NCBI GenBank assembly: GCA_964445305.1 | Contig: CAYUKK010000005.1 | Coordinates: forward strand, 6,614 to 70,613 | Source: an uncultured Eubacteriales bacterium | GTDB taxonomy: Bacteria > Acidobacteriota > Aminicenantia > Aminicenantales > UBA8522 | Length of the DNA: 64,000 nucleotides | Direction: 5' to 3' | Shown: piece by piece, positions 27,581 through 38,755 of the stretch | Layout: each line of letters begins with the position of its first letter | Numbering within the stretch: the stretch's first letter is position 1 | Position numbers and translations under genes: made by a program | The notes under the pieces: generated by a model | What the model was told of the DNA's origin: nothing | Databases searched by the model: none | What the model saw: only the letters and a program-made list of their open reading frames with translations

Positions 27581-28514
27581 TCTTGACCTCCCCAAAGGTT
27601 TCTACGGCCAAATCGTGGACGACAGTGCAGTTCCGTCCCTGATTTTTTGCCTGGAGAAGAGCGGCGTCAGCCGAACGAATGAGCTTTTCGGCGGATGGCG
27701 GCGAAAGGCTGTCGCTCGACGCGCAGCCTGCTGAAATAGTTACGGGCAGGAGCTCTGTTCCAGCTTTGATTCCACGCCGAGCTACGGAAGTGCGCAAGCG
27801 TTCAGCAATTTTACGGACCTCGAGGACATTGCAATTTGGAAGAACGATGAGAATTTCATCGCCCCCGTATCGACCTATTTTGTCCGATTTGCGGACTTTT
27901 TTGGCGATTCGGGAAATGATTTGCAGGAGGGCCTCGTCGCCGAGGTCATGGCCGTAAAAATCGTTAATCTTTTTGAAATAGTCGATGTCCAGCATGATGA
28001 CCCCCACCGGCTTCTTCTCCCGGTGACTGCGCTCTAGCTCTTCCCGCAGAAACCTGGCAATCTCGACGCGATTCCAGAGTCTGGTTAGGCTATCGCGACT
28101 GGCCAGGTCTTTAAGTTGCCGCTGGACAAAGAGAAGCTTGTCTTCGAGGTCAATGATGCGCCGGCCTGTCTGGAGGCGGGCACGGAGCTCAAGGAAATTG
28201 ACGGGCTTGGTCATATAGTCGTCGGCACCAGAGGAGAGACCGGCGATGATATCCTGTTTCCGGTCTTTGGCCGAAAGGAGGATGATGTAGGTGTACCTGT
28301 AATTTTTCCGCCGGCGGATTTTTTTGCAGATTTCCGTCCCATCCATACCTGGCATCATCCAATCGAGAATGGCCAGCCGGAGAGTCTCATCCTGGAGGCA
28401 TTCCCAAGCTGCCTCACCGCTTCGGGCGATGACAACCTCATAGCCCCAGTTCTTCAAATTTTTTTCGAGAATTCTCGAGTTAATCAGGTCGTCTTCAGCG
28501 ACAAGGATTTTCAT
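27573..28514 (-). CDS. response regulator with receiver and GGDEF (diguanylate cyclase) domains
   Basis: 313 aa. MKILVAEDD...[13 protein letters not shown] receiver with phospho-Asp. GGDEF-domain motif RYGGDEIL. Confidence 0.8.
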   Translation of the reverse strand: MKILVAEDDLINSRILEKNLKNWGYEVVIARSGEAAWECLQDETLRLAILDWMMPGMDGTEICKKIRRRKNYRYTYIILLSAKDRKQDIIAGLSSGADDYMTKPVNFLELRARLQTGRRIIDLEDKLLFVQRQLKDLASRDSLTRLWNRVEIARFLREELERSHREKKPVGVIMLDIDYFKKINDFYGHDLGDEALLQIISRIAKKVRKSDKIGRYGGDEILIVLPNCNVLEVRKIAERLRTSVARRGIKAGTELLPVTISAGCASSDSLSPPSAEKLIRSADAALLQAKNQGRNCTVVHDLAVETFGEVKNA

Positions 28515-31500
28515 GTCATGTTTCCTTTTGCGGCATCCGTGTGCTTGCTCTTGGCGCTCATGGATTGTCTCTCGCTCATGACCTGAGCAATCGTTTCAGC
28601 CAGTTGCTGGGAATTGAGCGGCTTGGAGATATAACCGTCCATGCCCATGGCCAAGCATTTTTCCTTATCGCCCTTCATGGCGTGGGCGGTCATGGCGATG
28701 ATCGGCGTGTAATTTCCCGTCTGCCTATCTTTCTCGCGAATGGCTTTGGTCGCTTGGAATCCATCCATGACGGGCATCTGGACGTCCATCAAGACGAGCT
28801 CGAAATTTCCCTTTTCCAGGGCCGCCAATGCCTCCTGGCCATTCATCACGCCTGTTACTTGATGACCCTGCTTCTCGAGCATGTAGATGGCCACCTTCTG
28901 GTTAACCAGGTTGTCCTCGGCGATGAGAATCCGAAACGTCTGGCGGGGAAGCGACGTCTGGGGAGGGCGCTCAGCCGGCGGAGATGGTTGCTCGGGCTGG
29001 ACAGTGGGCACGCTTGGCCAAGGGAGGCCGAGTACTTCGAGGAGGCTTCTCTTCAGTTCAGATGGCTTGATGGGCTTAGTTAAGCACGCTCGAATCCCGA
29101 GCTTGAGCCAGGGAGTGGTTTCGATGCGACTGTTGTTCGAATTCATCATCACCAGCGTCGATTTGGCGATAGAGGGGTTGTTCTTGATGTAGTCGAGAAT
29201 GAGGAAGCTATCATGGCCGGGCAAGTTGGCGTCGAGGAGAATGAGAGGAGTAGCCTTTTCCTTGTCCCGGATTTCGTCGAGGAGGACAGTAACTTCGTCA
29301 GCGCTCTCGGCGCAGGTGACATCGAATCCCCAGAAGGAGGCCATTCTGTTTAAGAAATGGAGAGAAGCTCTGTTGTCTTCAACCAGGAGAAGGCGGTTTT
29401 TCTCTCCTTGCCAATGGAGAGGCGAGGAGAGTTTCTCGGCTGATTCCTTGACCCGCCGAAAGCGAGTCGTGAAATAGAATTTGCTTCCTTTTCCGACCTG
29501 GCTCTCTACCCAGATCTTCCCTCCTAAGAGCTCAACCAGTTGGGAGGAGATGGATAGGCCTAGACCGGTGCCGCCAAACTTGCGTGTCATCGAGCTATCG
29601 GCCTGGGCGAAAACATCAAAGATGATTTTTTGCTTATCTTCGGGAATCCCTATGCCTGTGTCGGCAATGGTGAAAAGAAGCATCGTTTCTTCGGAGGAAC
29701 TGCTGACTTCCTCGACCCGGACGACAATCTCGCCTTTTTGTGTGAACTTGATGGCGTTTCCAACGAGGTTGATGAGAATCTGGCGGAGCCGGCCAGGGTC
29801 GCCAATGAGTTGGGCATCCAGCTCGGGGTGGATATCGACAATGAGGTCGAGCTTATTTCGATGTGCCTGGATAGCTAACGGGGTGAGCGTTTCAAAGATG
29901 AAATCCTCCAGGCGGAAGTTTGTCCATTCGAGCTCGACCTTTCTTGCTTCAATCTTGGTAAAATCGAGGAGGTCGTTGATCAAGTTCAGCAGGCTCTCGG
30001 CAGAGGACTTGATGCCCCGGATGTATTCTTTTTGCTCGGGCGTGAGTGAGGTGTCCAGAGCCAGTTCCGTCATCCCGAGGATCCCGTTCATCGGCGTTCG
30101 GATCTCGTGACTGATGTTGGCCAGGAACTCGCTTTTGGCCTTGTTCGCTTCCTGGGCTTGCCGCCTCGTCCGGACGAGCTCGGTCACGTCGATCAAGTTA
30201 AGCAGAAGTCCGTTGTAATGGCCGTTCGAATAGATAGGCTTGACTCGAAAAATTAGTTCTTTTTGGCCGATGGCTTTCTGTATCTCAAAGGGGGCTGAGG
30301 ATACGTTTTTCTTGAAAGTGTCGATACACGCTCTCAGGTTGTCAGCTGTCTGCTTACCGTGGAATTCCCAGATCGGGCGGCCAATGACTTCCTCGCGTTT
30401 CTTGTTGAAGAGGTTCAAGAAATAATCATTGACCTCAAGGATAATGTCCTGGCTGTTGGCAAAAGCAATGCCCTCCTCAATTCCCGAGATAATGGCCATG
30501 AGCTTTTCCGATTCGTTCTGGATGGCCTTTTCTGTTCGCCTCCGGCTGAGGGCTTCGATAAAGATGGCGGCCAGCGATTCGACGGCCGCTTGGTCATCTT
30601 CGTCATAACCACCTTCTTTATTGGCTAAGACGAGAACGCCAGCCACCCTGTCGACCTGTTTCATTGGAACGCAGAGGAGAGAGGTAAGAACAGGATGGCC
30701 AGGAGGCGTTCCCACGCGTAAGGGATGGGTGGAGGGAGTATTGATGATATGGGAATGCCCATCCTTGAGGGGAAGGCTCCATAAGCCACGGATTCTCATA
30801 TTCTTGAGAAGAGAAGAGGCCTCATCCTGGGGGATGCGGCAACCCTCGTAACCCGCCGTGTTCATAGTAATGACGTCCAGGTGTCCGCGGCTGTTAATTT
30901 CTCCAATGAACCCAAGGGGACTCTCTGTTAGCTCTTCGGCGATGTCGAGGCAGGCAAGAGCGATGTCGGCGTCTGATTCGGCAAAAAGCACTTTCTGAAG
31001 GAGTTTATTGATTCCCTCGAGAAGCTTTTTCTGCTTCAGGATTTGGCTTTCGGCTCTTTTTCTTTCCGTGATGTCCTTGTCCATGCCCCGGTAGCCGAGG
31101 AGTTCGCCCTTCGCATCGAGGATGGGCAGGGCATTGGTCAACAAACATACGAGTCGTCCATCTTTGGTGAGGTTCCAGTTTTCGAAATCAAGGATGGGCT
31201 TTTTTTCTGCTCGAGCTTGAGCGAAAAAGGCCGACGCTCGCTCCGCCTCACTTTCCGGCATCAGGTCAAAAGGCCTTTTCCCCAGGATCTCTTCAGGTTC
31301 GTATCCAAGAATTTGTTTAACCCTGCCGGAAGCAAACGTGTAGACCGCGTCGGCGTCGACTTCCCAGACCCAATCGGCCGAGCTGAGGACGATGTCTTCA
31401 AAGCGCTTCTGGGATAAACGAAGGTCTTCGTGGATTCTCTTTTGCCCAGAGATGTCGCGATAGATGCCGAAAATCGCCTTGAGCTGGCCATCGACGATGA

Positions 31501-31804
31501 TGGGCGAGACGATGACGGAAACCTGGACAGCCGGCCCATCATTGGCCTGGCGGGTTGTTTCAAAAGAAACCCGCTCGCCGTTGGCCACTCTCTGAGTGAT
31601 AGATACGGCTGAGTCGAACTCCTCGGGTGGAACAATGAGGGTATCGATCTTTTGGCCGAGAATTTCCCCGGGCTCAAACCCGAACATCCTTCTGAACTCT
31701 TGGTTAAACCTGAGGATATGGCCCTCCCGGTCGGCGATGACCATTCCTTCCCGAGCGTCTTCAAAAACCTTTTCAAAACAGAATTCTTCTTCCGGCCGGC
31801 TCAT
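28511..31804 (-). CDS. hybrid sensor histidine kinase (multiple PAS and GAF domains, HisKA, HATPase_c, two C-terminal receiver domains)
   Basis: 1097 aa. His[16 protein letters not shown]. ATPase G-boxes DTGIGI and [10 protein letters not shown]. Receivers LLVEDN...DANLPGHDS and ILIAEDN...[11 protein letters not shown]. Confidence 0.85.
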   Translation of the reverse strand: MSRPEEEFCFEKVFEDAREGMVIADREGHILRFNQEFRRMFGFEPGEILGQKIDTLIVPPEEFDSAVSITQRVANGERVSFETTRQANDGPAVQVSVIVSPIIVDGQLKAIFGIYRDISGQKRIHEDLRLSQKRFEDIVLSSADWVWEVDADAVYTFASGRVKQILGYEPEEILGKRPFDLMPESEAERASAFFAQARAEKKPILDFENWNLTKDGRLVCLLTNALPILDAKGELLGYRGMDKDITERKRAESQILKQKKLLEGINKLLQKVLFAESDADIALACLDIAEELTESPLGFIGEINSRGHLDVITMNTAGYEGCRIPQDEASSLLKNMRIRGLWSLPLKDGHSHIINTPSTHPLRVGTPPGHPVLTSLLCVPMKQVDRVAGVLVLANKEGGYDEDDQAAVESLAAIFIEALSRRRTEKAIQNESEKLMAIISGIEEGIAFANSQDIILEVNDYFLNLFNKKREEVIGRPIWEFHGKQTADNLRACIDTFKKNVSSAPFEIQKAIGQKELIFRVKPIYSNGHYNGLLLNLIDVTELVRTRRQAQEANKAKSEFLANISHEIRTPMNGILGMTELALDTSLTPEQKEYIRGIKSSAESLLNLINDLLDFTKIEARKVELEWTNFRLEDFIFETLTPLAIQAHRNKLDLIVDIHPELDAQLIGDPGRLRQILINLVGNAIKFTQKGEIVVRVEEVSSSSEETMLLFTIADTGIGIPEDKQKIIFDVFAQADSSMTRKFGGTGLGLSISSQLVELLGGKIWVESQVGKGSKFYFTTRFRRVKESAEKLSSPLHWQGEKNRLLLVEDNRASLHFLNRMASFWGFDVTCAESADEVTVLLDEIRDKEKATPLILLDANLPGHDSFLILDYIKNNPSIAKSTLVMMNSNNSRIETTPWLKLGIRACLTKPIKPSELKRSLLEVLGLPWPSVPTVQPEQPSPPAERPPQTSLPRQTFRILIAEDNLVNQKVAIYMLEKQGHQVTGVMNGQEALAALEKGNFELVLMDVQMPVMDGFQATKAIREKDRQTGNYTPIIAMTAHAMKGDKEKCLAMGMDGYISKPLNSQQLAETIAQVMSERQSMSAKSKHTDAAKGNMT

Positions 31805-32133
31805 ATTTTACTCACAACGAGTATACAAAACGGGGTTTTTCCTTTGAAAAAACATCTCACTCCAGCGCTCTTCAGGAGCTAGCTCCGATTTTATTCGGGC
31901 CCTGTGACCGGTCAATCGCCTTTGCGGGTGAAAGGAAGGGTGATTTTCCCTTCCTTCCCGTCATCGCTGGAGGTGAAAAGCGCCACGGCCATTAACGAGC
32001 CTATAGAGAAGTTCCCCCGATGGGGATTTGTGAAGCCTCGGGTTGTGCCGCCTCGAGGCTCCCTTATCCCATACGCTTAAAAATTCATCCTCTCGATTTC
32101 CCCATCGGGAAGCCAATTCTTGCAAGGGCGTCG

Positions 32134-32162
32134 CCTGCAGCATTATCAATTGGGATGAAAAA
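32134..32162 (+). promoter_or_regulatory. candidate promoter (TTATCA-N17-TATAAT) for the AI-2E transporter gene
   Basis: ttatcaattgggatgaaaaaatgTATAAT, about 20 nt upstream of ATG 32182. Confidence 0.3.
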
Positions 32163-32181
32163 ATGTATAATAAGGGCCTCC

Positions 32182-33201
32182 ATGGAGGGTAATAAACTTT
32201 TCGCCGTCTCATCTACGCTCATCCTCCTCTTCTTGACCGGTCTCATTCTCAAGCTGGCCAAGCCAGTCATTTTCCCCTTCTTCCTGGCTATCTTTTTCTA
32301 TTTTATCCTTTCCCCTGTCTTTGAATTGATGACGCGAGCAAGGATTCCCCGCTCCCTGGCCGTGTTTTTGATTATCATCATTACCTTTTTTGTTATCTAT
32401 CTTTTGGGCGTCGTCATCTATTCAAGCGGAAAGATGTTGGCCGCTTCTTTTCCTCAGTATGGGCAGAAGTTAAATGCTTTTCTCTCTGCCCTCAGGGCTA
32501 AGCTTATGGAAGCGAACGTAAGCTGGGACCCCCTCACTTGGACCAAGAGTCTTGACCTAAACCGACTGGCCTCGCTTCTTCTATCCTCCCTGGACAGGTT
32601 TATTTCTTTTCTTTCCAACCTTGCCCTTGTCCTGGTTTTTCTGATTTTCATGCTGGCCGGTCGGGGCAAACTCAAGGGTAAGATCAACAAGTCTTTCAGC
32701 CCGGAGAAATCATCCCAGATCAACCGGGTTTTGGACAACATCGACCGCCAGGTCCAGCGCTATCTGGCCATCAAGACACTGACGAGCCTGCTTGCGGGCC
32801 TCGTCACCATGGCCGTTTTGTTCCTTTTCCGGGTTGATTTTGCCTTCGTCTTTGGGTTTCTGATCTTTCTTCTCAATTTTATTCCCAGCCTGGGGTCCAT
32901 TCTCGGCTTTCTCATTATTTTTCTCGCTGCCGCTTTTCAATTTGGTAGCTTCTGGCCGGCTCTTTGGATGTTACTCATCCTCATCGGCCTAGACCTTTTG
33001 ATCGCCAATTTTCTTGAGCCGAAACTCATGGGTTATGGGCTCGGGTTGAGCCCGCTGGCCGTCCTGTTTTCCCTTTTTTTCTGGGGCTGGCTGTGGGGAG
33101 TGCCAGGAATGTTCTTGGCTGTTCCTCTGCTCGCCGTCATCAAAATCTCCTGCGCTAATATCCCTTCCCTCCAGTTCGTTTCAGAAATCCTGAGCAAATG
33201 A
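32182..33201 (+). CDS. AI-2E family transporter (UPF0118/PerM-like membrane protein)
   Basis: ~8 predicted TM helices. C-terminal FFWGWLWGVPGMFLAVPLLAVIK. Start set at MEGNKLFAV, downstream of the candidate -10 box, rather than the ORF-track start at 32020. Confidence 0.62.
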   Translation: MEGNKLFAVSSTLILLFLTGLILKLAKPVIFPFFLAIFFYFILSPVFELMTRARIPRSLAVFLIIIITFFVIYLLGVVIYSSGKMLAASFPQYGQKLNAFLSALRAKLMEANVSWDPLTWTKSLDLNRLASLLLSSLDRFISFLSNLALVLVFLIFMLAGRGKLKGKINKSFSPEKSSQINRVLDNIDRQVQRYLAIKTLTSLLAGLVTMAVLFLFRVDFAFVFGFLIFLLNFIPSLGSILGFLIIFLAAAFQFGSFWPALWMLLILIGLDLLIANFLEPKLMGYGLGLSPLAVLFSLFFWGWLWGVPGMFLAVPLLAVIKISCANIPSLQFVSEILSK

Positions 33202-33223
33202 GGAGGGAAAACAGAGCGAAGAC

Positions 33224-33853
33224 CTAAGAAGAGCGGATGATTTTTCTGTTCTGGCTCAGGGCCTTGAGCTTAGAGAAACGGCGGCTCAATTCCCGGATAT
33301 AATTTCGGCCTTCCCAATCTTTAGCTGCCAGGTGCTTCAAGTCGAGGATAACTTTGTCCAAGCATTTGAGCTTTTCTTCTTTCTTATAGTCAGCCACGTG
33401 GCTGGGAAGGACTATTTTCCTTTGGTATCGGCATGCCTCGATGCTCTCGAAAATCGCCTCTCCCGTTTCATTGCCGAGGGAAGCCTTTTCGCGGGGGAGG
33501 AGGAGCCGGCTTTTTTCTTTTTCGATTTTTCCCCGGGCATATTCGAGGGCGAGGAGGGCTTCCTTGTCAGTAAAAGATGGGTCTTTCTCGGCCCGGTCAG
33601 CGATTGGCGCTTCGATGTGGAGGAGCAGCCAGGTTAGCCTTTCGTCGGCCAGCATATCCTCCGCCGAAGTCTGTTTCCTGTCGATGATTCTCTTTTCCTG
33701 GTATGGCTTATGCTGGACGAGGTGAGGGCACGTTGCCGGACAGTGGATTTTTTTCTCGCGCACCAAGCCGCAACAGAGAGGGCAGAGCTCAATCCCCAGG
33801 GCGGGGCAGGCCCTTTTGGCTTTCCTGACGTGGCATCGGGCACATTTGTCCAT
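33224..33853 (-). CDS. hypothetical protein with an N-terminal Cys-rich (zinc-ribbon-like) region
   Basis: 209 aa. MDKCARCHVRKAKRACPALGIELCPLCCGLVREKKIHCPATCPH carries 10 Cys in 45 aa. The rest is charged/helical. Confidence 0.45.
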   Translation of the reverse strand: MDKCARCHVRKAKRACPALGIELCPLCCGLVREKKIHCPATCPHLVQHKPYQEKRIIDRKQTSAEDMLADERLTWLLLHIEAPIADRAEKDPSFTDKEALLALEYARGKIEKEKSRLLLPREKASLGNETGEAIFESIEACRYQRKIVLPSHVADYKKEEKLKCLDKVILDLKHLAAKDWEGRNYIRELSRRFSKLKALSQNRKIIRSS

Positions 33854-33869
33854 GGGATGGCTTCCCGCT

Positions 33870-34208
33870 CTAACAGGTTAAATGAAAAGCGCCCGCCGTC
33901 CTCTTCTGGAGAGCAAGTTTGTTAAAAGTCTCGACGGCCTGGCTTGTTTTTTCGGCGAGGAGAACAGTTCCTTTGGCCTGAAAGGCTGCCCTGACCTCTG
34001 GATGGACTTTCATCAACCCCATAAAACCTGTTCCGATAACAAGGACTTCGATCTTCTCGTTGAGGAGGTCGGCGAGGTCCTCCGCACACACGCTGTGTCC
34101 TTCCTTTCGCCACCAGGATGGTATGACCCTTTCGGGGAGGATGATGAGGTCGGCTGTGTATTTCTTCCCGTCAACGACCATCATCCCGAACTTGTAGTTC
34201 TCGATCAT
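33870..34208 (-). CDS. Mth938-like domain protein (DUF498 family)
   Basis: 112 aa. MIENYKFGMMVVDGKKYTADLIILPERVIPSWW pattern. Confidence 0.5.
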   Translation of the reverse strand: MIENYKFGMMVVDGKKYTADLIILPERVIPSWWRKEGHSVCAEDLADLLNEKIEVLVIGTGFMGLMKVHPEVRAAFQAKGTVLLAEKTSQAVETFNKLALQKRTAGAFHLTC

Positions 34209-34948
34209 TTCTTCATCAGGAAAGTTTCCCGGGTCAGGCCTTTCATTTTTCGCCCGACAAGGCTGAGAAGTGCTTTCTTGGCCGCGTTCTGTTCGGCCGC
34301 CTTTTTTGAATTCCCTCGCGCCTTGGCCAAAGGAACCGAGCCGGCGTAGACTTCGACGGTAAAAACTTTCTCATGGTCAGGCCCGGCTGAGGTTACGACC
34401 TTGTACGTGGGCGGAGCCAAGTTTTCTCGCTGGAAGTACTCCTGGAGGGCCGATTTATAGTTATCGATCAAGAATTTCCGGCTGTCGACTTTCTTGAAAA
34501 ATTCTCCAAGGAGGGGAGACAGAAATTTCTTGGCGGCATCATATCCTTGGTCGAGATAGATAGCTCCGAGCAAGGCTTCGAAAGCTCCGGCCAGGATAGT
34601 TCTCTTTTTCCGTCCACCGCTTTTTTCTTCGCCCTTGCCGAGAAGAATTTTTTTGTCCAACCTGATTTTCCTGGCCAGGCGGGAAAGTGAGTCAGCGCTG
34701 GCGGCGGCCGATTTTAGCTTCGATAATTCCCCCTCGCTCAGGTCGGGCCAGCAAGAATAGAGAAAGTCGGCCATCGCCAGCCCAACGACAGAATCCCCGA
34801 TGAATTCGAGGACTTCATTATCCCGCGGGTTATCGGGGTGTTTCTCGAAGGCATAAGAACTGTGTGTCAAGGCCTGCCGGAGTAATTCCTTATTCTGGAA
34901 ATGAAAGCCGAGCTTTTTCTCCAGGTTATCGGGTTTGAATTCGGCCAT
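34205..34948 (-). CDS. rnc: ribonuclease III
   Basis: 247 aa. LGFHFQNKELLRQALTHSSYA and ERLEFLGDS-type signature NEVLEFIGDSVVGL. C-terminal dsRBD. Confidence 0.88.
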   Translation of the reverse strand: MAEFKPDNLEKKLGFHFQNKELLRQALTHSSYAFEKHPDNPRDNEVLEFIGDSVVGLAMADFLYSCWPDLSEGELSKLKSAAASADSLSRLARKIRLDKKILLGKGEEKSGGRKKRTILAGAFEALLGAIYLDQGYDAAKKFLSPLLGEFFKKVDSRKFLIDNYKSALQEYFQRENLAPPTYKVVTSAGPDHEKVFTVEVYAGSVPLAKARGNSKKAAEQNAAKKALLSLVGRKMKGLTRETFLMKK

Positions 34949-34955
34949 GTCTGTT

Positions 34956-36239
34956 TCAGGAGAAAGGGTAGACGACTTTCCCGGCGACGATGGTCATCAC
35001 GGGGGCACCTTTGAGTTTCCAGCCATGGAAGGGATTGTTGCGGCTCTTCGATGCGAATTTGAAAATGTCGACAACGATTTCTTTATGGAGATTGAGGATC
35101 GTTATGTCGGCGTCCTTACCCACGGCCAGACTTCCTTTGTCCTTCAGACCGAGAATCCGCGCCGGGTTGGTCGACATGAGCTCGATGAAACGGGCAAGGG
35201 AAATAGCGTTCTTGTTGACTAACCTATCCAGCATCAGAGAAACGGCTGTCTCCAAGCCGTTGATGCCAAAAAGAGCGCGATCGAACTCAACGTCCTTCTC
35301 CTCGGTCGTATGGGGAGCGTGGTCCGTAGCCAGAGCATCGATCACTCCTGATTTGAGAGCGGACAGAAGAGCCTGCACATCCTCCTGACTTCTCAGGGGC
35401 GGGTTGACCTTGAGTCGAGTATCATAATTGGTCAGGGCTGAGTCGGTGAGCGTCAGATGGTGGGGAGTCACTTCAGCCGTTACCCTGACTCCTCGTTTCT
35501 TGGCCTCCTCAACGAGCCGGACAGCCCCCCGCGTGCTCAGGTGGGCGATGTGAACCCGAGCTCGGGATTCCTCGGCTAAGATGAGGTCTCTGGCCACCAT
35601 CACCTCCTCGGCTGAGGCGGGGATTCCCTTGAGTCCGAAAAGGTAGGAATAAAACCCTTCGTGCATGAGTCCGTCTTGGCTGAGGCTAAAATCCTCGCAA
35701 TGGTCGATGAGGACGACCCCGAGGAAGTTGGTATATTCCAGAGCTCGACGCATGAGCTGGTTGTTCTGGATGCAGCGGCCATCGTCAGAGAAAGCCACAA
35801 CCCCAGCGCTGCGCAGGTCCGCCATATCGGTGAGCTCTTCGCCGCGCAAACCCATGGAAATGGCGGCGATGGGGAAAAGGTTGACGATGGCCCTTTTTTT
35901 TGCCTCAGCGAAAAGATATTCGGTGACGCCTCGATTGTCGTTGACCGGGTTGGTGTTGGGCATAGCGCAGATAGAAGTAAAGCCCCCCTTGGCTGCGGCC
36001 CGGGAGGCAGTTTCGATATCCTCCTTTTCTTCCTGACCGGGTTCGCGAACATGGGTGTGCATATCGATGAAGCCAGGTGCGACGACGAGTCGGGATGCAT
36101 CAATAACCTTCCAGTCCTTGCTCGCTTCGACCCTGGGCTTGATATCGATGATTTTGCCGCGGTCAACCAGGATATCCATGGTCTCATCCATGGCAGAAGC
36201 AGGGTCCACCACCCGTCCGTTTTTAATCAGCAGTTTCAC
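34956..36239 (-). CDS. pyrC: dihydroorotase
   Basis: 427 aa. [14 protein letters not shown] ... metal-binding His/Asp pattern. Confidence 0.85.
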   Translation of the reverse strand: MKLLIKNGRVVDPASAMDETMDILVDRGKIIDIKPRVEASKDWKVIDASRLVVAPGFIDMHTHVREPGQEEKEDIETASRAAAKGGFTSICAMPNTNPVNDNRGVTEYLFAEAKKRAIVNLFPIAAISMGLRGEELTDMADLRSAGVVAFSDDGRCIQNNQLMRRALEYTNFLGVVLIDHCEDFSLSQDGLMHEGFYSYLFGLKGIPASAEEVMVARDLILAEESRARVHIAHLSTRGAVRLVEEAKKRGVRVTAEVTPHHLTLTDSALTNYDTRLKVNPPLRSQEDVQALLSALKSGVIDALATDHAPHTTEEKDVEFDRALFGINGLETAVSLMLDRLVNKNAISLARFIELMSTNPARILGLKDKGSLAVGKDADITILNLHKEIVVDIFKFASKSRNNPFHGWKLKGAPVMTIVAGKVVYPFS

Positions 36240-37161
36240 GCTCTTTTCCTCCCAAGAGAAGGTAGAGGACAGCCATGCGGATGGCGATGCCGTTTTCGAC
36301 TTGCTTGAGGATGACCGACTTAACGGAATCAGCCATCTCCGAGGAAATTTCGACTCCTCTGTTTATCGGGCCTGGATGCATGATGATAGCGTCTTTCTTG
36401 GCCAAGCGGAACCGCTCTCGGGTTAGACAATAGAGGTTTCGGTATTCCCGGAGGGAGGGGAAATAGTTCGCCTTCTGTCTTTCTCTCTGGATGCGGAGCA
36501 TCATGATCACGTCCGCACCCTCCAGGGCTTTGTCCAGGTTATGTTCGATTTGCACGCCGAGTTGGCCGAACTCTGGGGGAAGGAGCGATGGAGGCCCAAC
36601 GAGAGTGACACTCGCCCCAACCTTTTGGAGGAGAAAAATATTTGAGCGGGCAACGCGACTGTGGAGGATGTCCCCGACGATAACGACCTTGAGGTTGGGA
36701 AAATTCTTCTTATGTTGACGGATTGTCAAGGCATCCAACAACGCTTGGGTCGGGTGTTCGTGGCTTCCGTCGCCGGCGTTGATGACATGGGAGCGACAGA
36801 AGGTAGAAACGAAATGCGGCGCACCGGAGCACGAATGGCGGATGACGAGAGCATCTGGATTCATGGCCTCCAAGTTCAAGACGGTGTCCTTCAAACTTTC
36901 TCCTTTGACGACGCTGCTTGTCTGTTGACTGAAGTTGACGATGTCCGCGCTCAGCCTCTTGGCCGCCAGCTCGAAGGAACTCCGGGTCCGCGTGCTGGGT
37001 TCAAAAAAAAGGTTGATGATCGTCTTGCCGCGAAGGGTCGGGACTTTCTTGACCTCTCGGGTGGAAATCTCGGACAGGGATTCAGCCGTGTCCAGGATAG
37101 TCATGATCTCGGAAACCTCGAGCTCTTGGATGCCGAGCAGGTGCCGTCGTTTGAATTCCAA
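36223..37161 (-). CDS. pyrB: aspartate carbamoyltransferase catalytic subunit
   Basis: 312 aa. [13 protein letters not shown] and HPTQALLD motifs. Confidence 0.9.
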   Translation of the reverse strand: MEFKRRHLLGIQELEVSEIMTILDTAESLSEISTREVKKVPTLRGKTIINLFFEPSTRTRSSFELAAKRLSADIVNFSQQTSSVVKGESLKDTVLNLEAMNPDALVIRHSCSGAPHFVSTFCRSHVINAGDGSHEHPTQALLDALTIRQHKKNFPNLKVVIVGDILHSRVARSNIFLLQKVGASVTLVGPPSLLPPEFGQLGVQIEHNLDKALEGADVIMMLRIQRERQKANYFPSLREYRNLYCLTRERFRLAKKDAIIMHPGPINRGVEISSEMADSVKSVILKQVENGIAIRMAVLYLLLGGKERETAD

Positions 37162-37170
37162 GGGGCTCTC

Positions 37171-37725
37171 CTATTTTAGCTCGGCCGGTTCGGTGATGAG
37201 GACTTCATCCACGTCGTCGACTTCGGTGAGACGGACCTGGACTACTTCTCGCTTCGAAGTTGGAAGAACTTTGCCCACATAGTCGGGCCGGATGGGGAGT
37301 TCGCGGTGGCCGCGGTCGATGAGGACGAGAAGCTGGACAGTCTGAGGCCGGCCGAGGTCGAACAAGCTGTCCATAGCCGCGCGGATGGTCCGACCGGTGA
37401 AGAGGACATCGTCTACGAGAAGGACATCCTTTTTGGAGATGGGAAAGTCGATTTCCGTTTTCTGGACCATATGCTGGGTTTCGAGCTCTGCGAAGTCGTC
37501 CCGGTAGAGGGTGATGTCCAGAACGCCAACGGGGATTTCCACATTCTCCAGGTCCTTGATCAGTTTGGCAATCCGCTTGCCCAGATAAATGCCGCGAGTT
37601 CTTATGCCGATGATGACCAGGTTCTTCAGGTTACGATTGCGCTCCAGAATCTCCGTCGTCATCCTGTCCAGAGACCTCTTGATCTTGGCGGCATCCATCA
37701 CTCGAGCTTTGATTTTTTCAGCCAT
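37171..37725 (-). CDS. pyrR: bifunctional pyrimidine operon regulator / uracil phosphoribosyltransferase PyrR
   Basis: 184 aa. LLVDDVLFTGRTIRAAMD PRPP-binding motif. Typical PyrR length. Confidence 0.85.
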   Translation of the reverse strand: MAEKIKARVMDAAKIKRSLDRMTTEILERNRNLKNLVIIGIRTRGIYLGKRIAKLIKDLENVEIPVGVLDITLYRDDFAELETQHMVQKTEIDFPISKKDVLLVDDVLFTGRTIRAAMDSLFDLGRPQTVQLLVLIDRGHRELPIRPDYVGKVLPTSKREVVQVRLTEVDDVDEVLITEPAELK

Positions 37726-37749
37726 GTTCAGTCTCCTCCGCTGCCGGGT

Positions 37750-37810
37750 TCTCCGTAAGAATGAGTGGGAAACAGGTTTTCCTATTGAACATGCCCTAAC
37801 TTACGGAAAA
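37750..37810 (-). promoter_or_regulatory. inverted repeat / stem-loop in the pyrR 5' leader (candidate PyrR-responsive attenuator element)
   Basis: TTCTCCGTAAG (37750-37760) pairs with CTTACGGAAAA (37799-37810), 10 of 11 bp, with a ~38-nt loop. Located 25-85 nt upstream of the pyrR start. Confidence 0.3.
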
Positions 37811-37812
37811 AG

Positions 37813-38751
37813 TCAACTTCTCATTCTTTGGCCTTGGTTTTCGAAATACTCGCGCGCCACCTCCACATCCTGGCGAATTTGGTTGACCAGGAGCTCGGGA
37901 GTGGCAAATTTCTTTTCGTCCCTGATTTTGCGGAGAAAGCGGAGGCGAATCCTCTGACCGTAAATGGACCGCTGGAAATCAAAGAGGAATGCCTCCACCT
38001 GGAGGAAATCCTGGTTGAAGGTGGGGCGGAAGCCGATGTTGGTAACCGAGGGGAAAATTTCCTTGCCCAGCACGGCTTCGGTTACAAAAACCCCCGGGGG
38101 AGTGATTTCGTTCTTGGTCAGGATGTTGGCCGTGGGAAAGCCAAGCGATTTGCCTCGCGCCGAGCCGGGTCCCACCTTGCCCTCGATTTCATAAGGCCGG
38201 CCGAGCAGGCGGCGAGCTTCCTCGACATCGCCGCCTTCGAGCAGGGAACGAATAAGGCTGCTGCTCACGGTCTTGCCGCCAACTTGGACTGGCGGCACTG
38301 GATGGACACCAACATCTCTGTCGGCGCCCAACCGGCGCAGCTCTTCCACATTGCCTTGGCGGTTGCGCCCGAACCGGAAATCCTGGCCGATGATAATTTC
38401 TTTGGCCCGGAGTCGGGAAAGGAGAATATCCTCGAAGAACTCTCGGCTGGTCATCCGAGAGAGTGCCCGGTCAAAAGACGCGACGAGGACAGCTTCAATG
38501 CCCAATCTCCGCAGCCCGGCCAGCCTCTGAGCCAACGTCTGGATCATGAGGACCTTTTCTCCGCCGAGGATTTTTTCTGGATGGGGGGAGAAGGTCAGCA
38601 CAAGGGAGAGGAGGTGAGAGGCGGCGGCCCGCTCAACCAGGAGGCGGAGTATGGCCTGATGTCCCAAATGGAGCCCGTCGAAATTCCCGATGGCCACCGC
38701 TGTCGGCCCTGGAAAGCCATGGAGCTGGTTAAGGCCCTTCAAGATGATCAT
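37813..38751 (-). CDS. ribF: bifunctional riboflavin kinase / FMN adenylyltransferase
   Basis: 312 aa. AVAIGNFDGLHLGHQAIL (FAD synthetase) and C-terminal flavokinase PTANI-type region GFPTANIL. Confidence 0.85.
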   Translation of the reverse strand: MIILKGLNQLHGFPGPTAVAIGNFDGLHLGHQAILRLLVERAAASHLLSLVLTFSPHPEKILGGEKVLMIQTLAQRLAGLRRLGIEAVLVASFDRALSRMTSREFFEDILLSRLRAKEIIIGQDFRFGRNRQGNVEELRRLGADRDVGVHPVPPVQVGGKTVSSSLIRSLLEGGDVEEARRLLGRPYEIEGKVGPGSARGKSLGFPTANILTKNEITPPGVFVTEAVLGKEIFPSVTNIGFRPTFNQDFLQVEAFLFDFQRSIYGQRIRLRFLRKIRDEKKFATPELLVNQIRQDVEVAREYFENQGQRMRS

Positions 38752-38755
38752 CGTT

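Noticed and set aside
31961-32212. 83-aa minus-strand ORF between the histidine kinase and the AI-2E transporter
   Set aside because: It overlaps the AI-2E promoter and 5' region, lacks an RBS and shows no similarity. Likely spurious.
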